Source: Octopus sinensis
Taxonomy: Eukaryota
NCBI RefSeq assembly: GCF_006345805.1
Contig: NC_042997.1
Coordinates: forward strand, 60,140,001-60,204,000
DNA length: 64,000 nt
Direction: 5' to 3'
This document shows positions 52,787 through 64,000 of this stretch, piece by piece (position 1 is the first letter of the stretch; every line of letters begins with the position of its first letter). The notes beneath the pieces were generated by a model. That model was not told where the DNA came from and searched no databases. It worked only from the letters and a program-made list of their open reading frames with translations. The translations under genes were made by a program, and so were the position numbers.

Positions 52787-54110
52787 CAGTTGCCTTCGTT
52801 TTATTAAATGCTTTCACAGAATTTCCTTTCTGTCTTAAGTATCAGCACTGATATGTTTTGGCTTTGTTTTTCTATTGAATTGATAGTTCTCTGAATGTTT
52901 TTTAGTGCTTAGTATTGTTTTCCCTGTGTGTTGCACGTATTTGTAAGTCTTAGTACTTTGGTTATGTGTTTATCTACATGCCTTTTATCATATTCTATTA
53001 TTGCAGGAATTATTTTGTTTCCACCACCCACCCCTATCACCTGATGAATACGTTATCATATGTTGGGTTTGATATATCAAATAGGAAGCATTTCTTTTCC
53101 CAGGGTGCTTGATAGCAATATCTGATCGATTAGATTTTATCTCTCTAACTGTACATTGGAATACCCATGTGTATGGTTGCTTTCTCATTTTCTAAAACCT
53201 TTTCTGGTATATATCGATACGGTTTATTTTTTGTTTATATTTCATAATGCGGATATAACTTCCACTACATGTAAATCCCAATGTTGCCATGCCTGATGCT
53301 GTATTCTTTCTCAGCAGCCAGACAATGTGGTTAATTGTTCCTTCACTGACTCCAAATATTCAGAAGTTACTTTCTGTATATAGCTTCATGCGATGCTTTG
53401 GTTATTTCTGGTAAGAAGGTTTTAATACAGTATTGCAATCGAAATCCCTTCAGTAACAATTTTGCACTTCTCATCCAAGTCTCCTTATCTACTTCTACTG
53501 TGTTCATCTTCAGCTCTTGATTATGTAGTGACTTTTGTCATCACTCTATATAATGGTATTCAATAACTCTATTTTTAGTTGAGACTTTAGCTCTTTCAAA
53601 ATTTGTGTTCAGGTTTTCTTTTTCCTTATAGTATCTTTTATTTCAGCATCTGTTTATATTTGTTATAATTTTTACATTTTAATCGTGCATTATGGCTATT
53701 TGCATTAATTTTACAGTGTTCTATTTTAGGTATTTTTGTAATCCTACAATGCGTATTTTATAACTGTGTTTACAACTGCATAAGACCCCTATCCCCATCG
53801 CTTTCTGTATCAAATTTTAGGTGGTGTATTCTAAATGCGATTAGGTTCGCTAAGTACGTGATTGAGAATATAAAAAAGGAACTAGATCAGTGTTGCTTAT
53901 TAACTTATTCACTGCATTTAGCTCTCATTTTAATATTAATCTAATGCGCCTATAATATTCTTCCAAATGTGTTTTCTTTCATTTGTGTGTTTTGTGCACG
54001 GTCTAGTTCATTGATTCCTGAATACTTATTTGAATACATTTAACTTATTTCTATTTATTTATCTATCTAGCATGATATTAGTGTTCTTAATACTCCTCTC
54101 TTCAAGGTCA
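52787..54110 (-). mobile_element. Degraded R4/Dong-like LINE 3' portion
   Basis: REIKSNRSDIAI, ETINHIV-like and YKYSGINELD-like remnants, collinear with 25789-27300. Confidence 0.75.
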
Positions 54111-54128
54111 TCATGATCATTATTATTA

Positions 54129-54170
<42 letters not shown>

Positions 54171-54205
54171 CATCATCATCATCATCATCATCATCATCGT
54201 CGTCG

Positions 54206-54266
<61 letters not shown>

Positions 54267-54303
54267 TATTATTATTATCATTATTATTATTATTATTATT
54301 ATT

Positions 54304-54857
54304 GAGTGAGCGAGCCGAGCATGCCATCAAAGTGACACTGAGGTAAAATATACGAAGCCCAGTATACCCATCATGACTACCCGTCTGATAAGGGTACACC
54401 AGGCACATGCATCACAACCATATGTGCGCGACATGGTGATCTCATATCAAGATAAACAGCACATGACCTTGCAGGTGGAGCCCAGTTAGAATTTTCTTCA
54501 GATCGAGTAACCCATCCCGCTCAAAAGGTCCCTGAATAAGGGTTGTTTAAGGACGTTGAACGAAACACCCATGTTTCCAGAGGTGAATTATTCAAACCCC
54601 AAAGAATTCTTCTCAACACATGGCTATGATGCTCCCCCACTACTTCTGCTCGTGATCAGAGATGCACATATCGTCAGCCACTAAGGGACATGCTCAACTG
54701 GTTAAGGTCAAACAACTGACAAGCAAATCTGTGGTATTGAGCAGAATATTTGCTGTAGCCCATCTTTTATACCAAGACAAAATAATGTACATGATAACAC
54801 TTCCAATCAGTTAAGATCAGAAGCCATGAGAGCCACTGCCTGGTACTGCATCAGGGC

Positions 54858-54860
<3 letters not shown>
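54304..54860 (-). mobile_element. Second copy of the 555-bp (AAT)n-associated element
   Basis: Matches 27939-28494. Confidence 0.85.
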
Positions 54861-54913
<53 letters not shown>

Positions 54914-55758
54914 TATTATTATTATTAATGCAAACCCAGTGTGACGTAATTAGTAACTCGGTCAGAAATCATTATTGTTGCTGTTGTTCCTGTTTCTGTC
55001 TAGTGAGTTCACAGCTGTTTTATATGTGATACCCACGTTTACTACAAGCGTGAAGTAACTTTAGTTGGAAACAGTTTACTTGTTTAACATGAATTATCTC
55101 AGTAGCTATGCAGTGTCAAGCAATGCTTATCATGTATAACGACTAACACTTACCAAAATTTTAGGCCTTGTGCCTAGAGTAGAAAAGATTATTATTATTT
55201 TCTTTTCTTTTTTCAGTTATTTGTTCTTATACATCTTTTTTCTTCTGTTAGCTAATATATTCCTGGTTAGTGGTGCAGACGCGTTATAAAGTAATTTACT
55301 AACGTTTCTTAATCTCTAATGACAATACCCGGAGTCCGAGTGGCGAACAAATTTACTTCTTAATCATAAAGTTTTGATTTCTGTTTGATCCCTCTGTGCA
55401 GCACATTCTCAACTTCTCATCGTCAGATCAACTTGCGAATGAAATTAGGTTGACACTAACTGCATAAAAGCTGGTCGGAATGACTGTACGAAGAATCCAG
55501 AGACGCAGCATTGTTGTATACATTGTCACGCTGAAATTGTAGATGGATTATGTTTAGACAACGTTAAGGGGTACATCATAGCGTTTGAACAATTTTGACT
55601 ATAAGACATAGTATTACATAGTAGATTGTTCCGTTGACCGAACTAAAACGCTTATTTGATGATATCGATCGAAACGGGAACCAGTCATAAGTGTGCCTAC
55701 GTGTCTGTGTTTGCGAGTAATTATATGCTCACGTGCAAACACACACAGACACACGCAC

Positions 55759-55760
<2 letters not shown>

Positions 55761-55842
<82 letters not shown>

Positions 55843-55960
55843 TGTATGTATGCATGCATGTATGTATGTATATACACACACACACATACGTACATACATA
55901 TGTATATTATATGCATATACATCGTTATGCTTGTATATATATGTATATATATATATATAT

Positions 55961-56052
<92 letters not shown>

Positions 56053-56157
56053 TGTATGTATGCATGCATGTATGTATGTATATACACACACACACATACG
56101 TACATACATATGTATATTATATGCATATACATCGTTATGCTTGTATATATATGTATA

Positions 56158-56190
<33 letters not shown>
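55761..56190. repeat. Tandem duplication (210-bp period) of a compound microsatellite block
   Basis: About 55803-55946 is repeated at about 56013-56156, including the unique word catcgttatgcttg. Confidence 0.85.
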
Positions 56191-56194
<4 letters not shown>

Positions 56195-56541
56195 TATATA
56201 TCCATACATGCGTGTAACACATACATACATACACACACACACACATATATATATATATCTGTATGTATATATGTATTATGTTTGTATATATATATATATG
56301 TATATATTAGATACATATGTATATATTCTACATATAATTATCGTCACACCCATTTTCTACGTATACACATTGTACTTCGTCTTGCTGCGGTTTATTTTTT
56401 ATTATTTTGTTTTCTTTTCCTTGTTGCTCTCTTGGCAAATAGGTAATTAATTCTTTATTTGCCTTAAGCTTCATGCCTAATTAAGAATAGCACTGTCGTT
56501 GTTATTGTTGTTGCTTTTGTTGTTGATGATGATGATGATGA

Positions 56542-56599
<58 letters not shown>

Positions 56600-57324
56600 T
56601 TTATGAGGGTGATGATGGCAGTTTATCGTATTCTCTTTTCTCTTCCTTGCATCTCTACTTATAATCTTCACTTGTTCTGTTTTTTGCATTCCCAAAGAAA
56701 CGAAAGTTTCTTCTTAGCTTCTCACTATCTTTTCAGTGTTGTGTTGCAGTTTAACTTTTTGCATGTTTTCGCTCAGCCTTTCTCTCAATCTTGCCCTCTT
56801 TCTCTCGCCCTCTCTCAACTTACTCTTTGGCTCCTTGCCTTTTCCTCTCTATCTCCCGCTATTCTTCCTTTACTCTCACTGCACATACCTATCATTTGTC
56901 TTCCCCCGCACTCTTGTCTAACCTATTTGCCTACATCTATTATCTTACTCACATCTGATCTGAAGAATCTAAATACCTGATGTAACCATAAGTTCGCTAG
57001 CTTTGTTCTCCCACAAAGTTTTACATAGCACAATATCCTTCGTTCTCAAAACCATTAGCTTATGCAACAACCTTCACACTTTAGCTCCTCCTCTTTTTTA
57101 ACTTTGCCTTTCACTCCTCGATCTTTAAAACACTATTACTCCTCTCTGTCTCTCCCCCCTCTCTCTCTCTCACCGAAGTTTTTCAAATGTCTTCCGCATG
57201 TTAATCACATGTGATTATCTGACAACTGTATATGTACACTTCAGCACATCTGCTTCTATTGGAAGGTATCCCCGCCTATCTGTCTTCCTTTGCACTCTGC
57301 CCTGTTTATCTTTCTATCCATTAT

Positions 57325-57405
<81 letters not shown>

Positions 57406-57423
57406 ATATATATATATTATACA

Positions 57424-57458
<35 letters not shown>

Positions 57459-57502
57459 CTGTATGTATATATGTATATCTATATCTATATATATATATAT
57501 TA

Positions 57503-57533
<31 letters not shown>

Positions 57534-57587
57534 ATCTATATCTATATATATAAGTATATATGTATGTAAATATATATATATATATTC

Positions 57588-58178
57588 ATATATAATCTTA
57601 ATTATTTATAATATATCCTTCGTAATGTTTATATATTACTCTCTACTTATTTAAATTTTCCTAACTCATATCCGGTGAAATTGCCGTGGCTCGAATTTAC
57701 CGGTCTTTTCACATAAACGCTGTGCATGGCATTTGAATTCAAAACTTGATTGTGTAGATAGAGGTGAAAAAATTTCTATTGCCGGTCGGGATTCATGCTA
57801 GCCCCAAGGTGAAGTCTTCTATCTATAGGAATATTTCCCTTGACGAGGCGAATGAGTCCCTTAAGAGGTCCCTAGCGCCGAAATTGCAATAGGGAATTAA
57901 CCAATTATTTTGTAGTTGTGGATTCTATTTGCCATGTTGTCCGAAGTTTTTATGGTGGGGAAAAATGATATGAGTGATATAATGGCTTTATAGCCGTTTT
58001 GGCTGCTATTTTTAACATGTAAAGGTTTTTTTAACCCTCTTAGTTATAATTGTGACTTGTTCATAATTATAAACGTTTTTCTTTATATTTTATGATAACG
58101 TTTGGCCATTTATATATTCATAAATAATCTTAATTATTTATAATATATCCTCCGTAATGTTTTCGCACTACTCTCTAC
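57588..58178 (+). mobile_element. Penelope pseudo-LTR or retrozyme-like unit with terminal direct repeat
   Basis: taatcttaattatttataatatatcct.cgtaatgttt...actctctac at about 57593-57646 and 58126-58178; internal hammerhead; (TA)-rich flanks. Confidence 0.7.
57835..57896 (+). ncRNA. Minimal type I hammerhead ribozyme (U3 variant)
   Basis: TTCCC-TTGACGA-GGCG(loop)CGCC-GAA-ATTGCAAT-A-GGGAA; perfect stems I and II, palindromic stem III. Confidence 0.75.
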
Positions 58179-58242
58179 GTATATATATGTATATGTATAT
58201 GTGTGTGTGCGTGTTTGTGTGTGCGTGTGTGTGTATGTGTGC

Positions 58243-58283
<41 letters not shown>

Positions 58284-60146
58284 ACGGGGTATGATATGGG
58301 GCTAAAAAATACTAACCTGATCAGAGGCTAAACAACAAATGCAGCCTAACCTTTATGCCGTAAATGTGTTCCTATTATCTCCCTTCATTCTATGACGACT
58401 GCAATGGTTTCTGCTCCTGCGAATGAGTTACTTGCTACCACCTTCCCCCAATAGATAACCCACCACCACCACCACCACCTTTCCTTCTCATCTCAAACTT
58501 ACAGTGTTTCACCAAAGAACTTTTGAATACTATCCAAAAACTGAATACTTTTCTCAGTAGTATTATTTCCCCTTGGAATTTCACCTTCGCCAAAATTTTC
58601 TCCTACAAGAATTAACCAGTAGACATTCAAGCTGAAGATTTTAAGTTCATCGGCCTCGTTAGTCTAAAAGAATCAACAAAGATCGTGGACGATGCTCCTC
58701 CGTCGCTGTCCACATTATTCAAATATTATCCTAACAATACATTTGCTGCCTAAATCTGTCACATAATTCAGACAACCCAATAAAACATACATGCATGCAT
58801 ATATATTTATAACGTATATGTATGCGCGTGTTTGTGTGTGCATGTGAAGTTTTTTGCTTTTTTTATGCTGCTGTTAAAGTACATAAATAACCGTAGCCAA
58901 GTCAGTGGTGTATATATATTATACTTGTGTGTAAAACTATTGCCAAATAACAATGTAAACGTTAAGACGAAAATTGTTAGAACGTGTTAGTTAGTCAGAG
59001 TGGATGATGATGGTGATGATAATGATGACGACGACGACGACGATGATGATGATTTGTATATCGATTTGTGCAGACAGACGGGTGCAGAGACGGGATTTTA
59101 TATGTATGTAATTCTGGGATGGGTGACTTGGAAAAAATATGTAGTGCGAAATCTGGCTTGGAAGACACTGAAGGAGTGACAGAAGGAAGAGAGACTGGCG
59201 TTTCAGGTGACCCTGCAAGGAGAGGGATAAACAGCCAGCTCATATAGAGGAGCTATGAATGTTGTATTATTTGTGTTATAGAGCCAGTGGTTGCAGAAAG
59301 TTTGCTTATAAATTTTGTAAATCAGCCAGACGGTCTTATTTTGAATGAGGTTTGTATGTGCATCTATCAGAGGCACTGTTCCAGATATTTGAGCTGCACT
59401 CTAATACGGGATATGGTTTACATTTCTAGAGAGTCGACAACTAATCAGGGCGAAGCATTTTCTATTTATGAATATGAAGCTTAATCTTTGAGATTCATTT
59501 TACACAGTATCATTTATGTTACGTTGCTACGCGTATTAGTCAGTGATGACTTTTGTGATGTGTTTTGTGAGCTGTCTACAATTAGAAAGAGAGAGTGGCG
59601 GGGAGGTGAGGTACACGATTCCTTCATTAACATATGTAGTTATTGAAGAAAACTAGAGTGTTGTTTTCTTATTAAATTTCCCCGATGTCTGTTGGTGGAA
59701 ACAGTATGTTCGTGGAGACAGTTGTATCATCTGAATAGAAGTGTGTTTTGTTAAAAGCAACAGAAAGAAAGATAAGTAACTTATCTAGGACGTTCTCATA
59801 TTAGACATGGTTAATGACTAAGATTGTATCAAATATAAGAACATTGCTTTCATCAAAGTTTCTTAGGGTTCGAAACCACTAGTGACTGACATATGAATGT
59901 ACGTTAGCCTCCAGTAAATCTGGCTCTATGGAAGCCGTACTGGTTTACACGAAGGCGGGTAAGAGAATCAAGGTGGTGAATAAGATAACTGTTTCCATTA
60001 TTTCTGAGATGTTGCAAGTAGTTGACAGAGTCAAACATATTTATTTTTTTTCTTCTTAGAGATTGCAAACGTTCGGAGTAAATATATTTTGGGTAAATAT
60101 ATCGTAGTAAATACATCGCCTGGAAATTATTCGCGGGTTAAAACAT

Positions 60147-60437
60147 TACCAGTAAAGTAATATTTATCTTCAGTTAAATGTCGATGTTCTGTTAGAACAA
60201 CCTTTACTGCGCTAGATACCATGAGATGGCTAGGAGATAAATCGCTCCGCCAGTGATATAAACAAGCGTGCATTTTGCAGGAGAGGGCGGGGATTTATCT
60301 CCCCGCCAGCGATATAAAGAGGCACGCATTTTGTACCAAAAGCCCATATGAGAGCTTTTCACATGGTATCTACCACAGTAAAGTTTGTACTAACAGAACA
60401 TCCACGTTTAAGTAGCGATAAGTATTACCTCTTGGTA
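60147..60437. mobile_element. MITE with about 80-bp imperfect TIRs
   Basis: 60147-60226 is inverted at 60359-60437 (gatgttctgttag/ctaacagaacatc; tagataccatg/catggtatcta). Confidence 0.8.
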
Positions 60438-61417
60438 TTAATCTTGCCTCTGTCACTAATATATATTGCCAGTAAATTCACCATACCAGTATATAGTGGG
60501 AAAAATCTATGGTCAGCTTTTTAAACCGCATTTCTTTTCATTGTTAATGAAATGCAAACGTATTTACTTTGCGAATAAAGGCCTTTAAATAATTTTTAGC
60601 GATATATTTAAACTGCAGATAAAATATGTGACGATGAGCTTAATTGCCTTGCTATATATTTACCATGATGAATTTATGGAACACCCGAGAGACATTGTAG
60701 CATATTTTCAAAGAGTCGAACAGTCTCTCTAGAAGGAGAAAGTTTAAGGATATTTGAGGGGATAGAAGCTATTTCATAATTTCAGCGTTTAAAGGTAATG
60801 AGAGAGGCATTACTTGGGACTGGTGCGAGTGGAGCTATATTTTGACTTGGCAGCAGTTTATTTAGTGGTGAAAATATTGGAGTGATAAACAAAAGTTTGA
60901 AGAAATTTTGTTACGTGTTGTGTAGAACGAGAAGCAAATAAGCCAAAAATATAGAGAATTTCTTTTTTTTGTGGGAATACTTGTTACAGATCTAACCTGG
61001 ATGATGTGAAGTAGTTAAGAGTAGTAGCTGCAATTGTAGAAGCGAGTGAGTTTCTAGGTTGTGCGCCACATGAAAAAATCATTCGTTTTTGAATGGTGTC
61101 AGTCAAGCTCTTTAGTTCTTAGTAACACTGTTCCAGTTGATAGAGGCAGTCGTTGGGTTGGCACTTTGGAAGATTAGGAGCTTTGTTTATGAATGTGAGG
61201 TAAAGAAGTTGAAGAGGAGAAGAGGAGATGAGTACAATGATTTCAGATGTAGTCGGAATATAGCTAACTTGATGTATCAAATGTTTTACTTTGTTTTATT
61301 CCATTCTATGTGAATAGAAACGAGAATGATTGGCTAAACCTTGATTTTGGTGGCGAGAAAAGGGTAAAGGTGACACGGCTGCTTATTGACAATTTCTAAT
61401 ATAGGTACGTGGTCAAA

Positions 61418-61980
61418 GGCGGTGGGCTGGCAGAATCGTTAGCATGGCAGGCAAAATAGTTAGCAGCATTTCGTCCTCTTTATGTTCCGAGTTTAAATTC
61501 CGCCGAAGTTGAAGTTACCTTCAATCCTTTCGGAATCGATGAAATAATACCAGTTGAATACTGGAGTCGATTTAGTCCACTATACCCCACTCACATCAAA
61601 TTTCAACATGCTTGGAATTTCATCCGCGTTTACGTGTTAGTTCAAATTCCGCCGAGGCCGACTTAACCTTTCATCCTTTCGGGTGGAAAAATAAGTATAA
61701 GTTGAGGACTGGGGACGATGTAATCGACTAACCCCTCCTCCGAACTTGCTGGTCTTGTGCCAAAATTTGAAAACAATAGAGGTACAAGGTCTGCAAATCT
61801 TTTTTGAAGAGTGAGTTGTTGATCGATTAAATCGATCTTCAATATTTGGATGGTATTTCAATTTAATGACCTCGGAAAGATGAAAGGCAAAGATGACCTC
61901 AATGAGATTTGTACTATGAATGTAAAGAGTCGAACAAATGCCAAAAGATACATTTCCGATGCACTAACAATTCTGCCATT
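61418..61980. mobile_element. Cluster of three SINE family A copies (+,+,-)
   Basis: Approximately 61418-61605, 61610-61775 and 61800-61980. Confidence 0.75.
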
Positions 61981-62489
61981 ACATCCTCCCACAGATAGTT
62001 AGATCGAATTACGGTAGGTAGTTTATAATGGTAAAGGGTTAGACTTCCCTGTCACTAGCATAAACTGTAGGAGAGATACGAGAGCAAAGAGAAGTTGCAC
62101 ACAAATTTCTCTGAGCAATATGCCTTCAGAAAGGGATGGCATCAGCTAGATGGGACGGAAGATCATCGAACAGAATGTCATGACAGACGAATATCACTCG
62201 CAAAATCTTCTGTTCGATGACTCACAAGTCATAATCTGGGGAATAACTTTATGCTTTTAATGTCTCTATGCAGCGATATGCGTTGAGTATATTAACAAAT
62301 ACAAACCAAGGTTGCCAGGTCAATTTCATAAAATGTGACGGATTGTGTTTTAAAGAAGCTCACAATGATAATCTTGCAAATAAATTGAATACATACATAA
62401 ACACACGTACACACACAGACACACATACAGACAGACACACAGACAGACAGACACACACACACTCACACACACACACATATATATATATA

Positions 62490-62700
62490 TTCTTTTGCTT
62501 GTTTCAGTCATTTGACTGTGGCCATGCTAGAGCACCGCCTTACGATGGGCTTCTTTCAGTTTCCGTCTACCAAATCACAAGGCTTTGATCGGCCCGAGGC
62601 TATAGTAGAAGACAGTTGCCCAAGGTGCCACGCAGTGGGACTGAACCCGGAACCATGTGGTTGGTAAGCAAGCTACTTACCACACCGCCACTCCTACGCC
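62490..62700 (-). mobile_element. SINE family B, internally deleted
   Basis: Well-preserved head joined directly to tail. Confidence 0.85.
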
Positions 62701-62722
62701 TATATATATATATATATATATA

Positions 62723-62850
62723 TTTCTGTGTTCCTTTCTATCGAAGAGCGTAGGCTCGAAACGTAAAAGACTTTCTCACTTCCCGAGCGTTAAACTAACA
62801 CATCTGTTTGTTGTTTACCCACCTGTATTTTTTTAATAAATTCTCACTAT
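62723..62850 (+). mobile_element. Penelope-type terminal fragment with mutated hammerhead
   Basis: 62734-62769: CTTT-CTATCGA-A-GAGC-gtag-GCTC-GAA-ACGT-A-AAAG. Confidence 0.65.
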
Positions 62851-63414
62851 ATGTATGTATGTATATATACACATATATGTAAATGTATTTATGTATATTT
62901 AGGTACTCACAAAAATTGCTTGTTGGTCGAATCTAATTTACTTAGTATATCAATATGATATTCAACTGGATTCTTATCTTACAGAATTAAAGTTTTAATG
63001 TACGAAACGAAAAGAACGAAAGAAGAGGCGTGCAATACTGAAAAGAAGTAACGTATTCCGATACATGTAGCCCAATCTGGCAACTCTGAAAGTAACACTT
63101 TAAAACTATAAGACTTACAGAAACATGAAATCGAGAAAAATCTTTGCAATTGAATACTGATCAGATGTATGCGTGTGACTCCTTACGTATGCGCGTGTAC
63201 ATGTGTGTGAGGAAGTAAGTATATATGTGTACGCGAGTGTAATTGCGATTTTGTTTTGTTTATATTTGTGTACAGTCCGTGAGTTCAAGCAACCTTGAGT
63301 GGAATTATTTATCAACAAAGAATATAGTCAAATATATAGAATCACTTGACTAATTAACACAATAGCATAATTTTATAACTCTATAAAGAATGCACTAAGC
63401 GTTCTTTGTTCAAT

Positions 63415-63455
63415 ATACATATATGTGTGTGTGTGTGCACGCGCGCGTGTGTTTG

Positions 63456-63535
<80 letters not shown>

Positions 63536-63643
63536 AGAATTAAAAAAAATATACATATATTTATACATATATATTCATATATATATATATATTTATACAT
63601 ATATATTCATATATATATATATATGTATATACATACATACATA

Positions 63644-63701
<58 letters not shown>

Positions 63702-63827
63702 GCACATATAAATATATATACATTATATAATACATACATATATTCATTATATGTACATATATATGTATATGTATATATATATGTATATGTATATATATAT
63801 GTATATATATGTATATGTATATACATG

Positions 63828-63901
<74 letters not shown>

Positions 63902-63935
63902 ATATATACACACAAACATACATACACACACATGT
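63415..63935. repeat. (TA)n-rich compound microsatellite
   Basis: Direct reading. Confidence 0.95.
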
Positions 63936-64000
63936 ACTCAGAGCATGGGTGCATGATACTTTATGTACGTTTGCACTTAGTATTTCTACATATTTCTTGA

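Noticed and set aside
55614-56450. Long ORFs (up to 264 aa) and the many other [12 protein letters not shown] ORFs
   Set aside because: Translations of stop-free microsatellites, not genes

Overview
Repeat-dense, AT-rich eukaryotic DNA with no recognisable host protein-coding gene. The SINE families and microsatellite load look like an octopus (cephalopod) genome, which is my inference from recognising the repeats. Most ORFs in the track are translated microsatellites. The real content is transposon-derived: a Tx1/L1-like LINE, R4/Dong-like LINEs sitting in (AAT)n tracts, RTE and CR1/Jockey-like relics, Tc1 and mariner elements plus MITEs, a Helentron-type element, a probable Chapaev3 end, three abundant tRNA-derived SINE families, and several Penelope-type termini with minimal hammerhead ribozyme motifs. 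Top observations: (1) a tRNA-headed SINE whose 3' half carries an intact minimal hammerhead ribozyme, with a 12-bp target duplication and an inverted terminal segment, suggesting a Penelope-mobilised SINE, here split by two nested (AAT)n-targeted insertions; (2) a Tx1-like LINE that shares its 3' tail with a SINE and abuts an internal site of that same SINE; (3) fold-back duplications centred on (TA)n runs.
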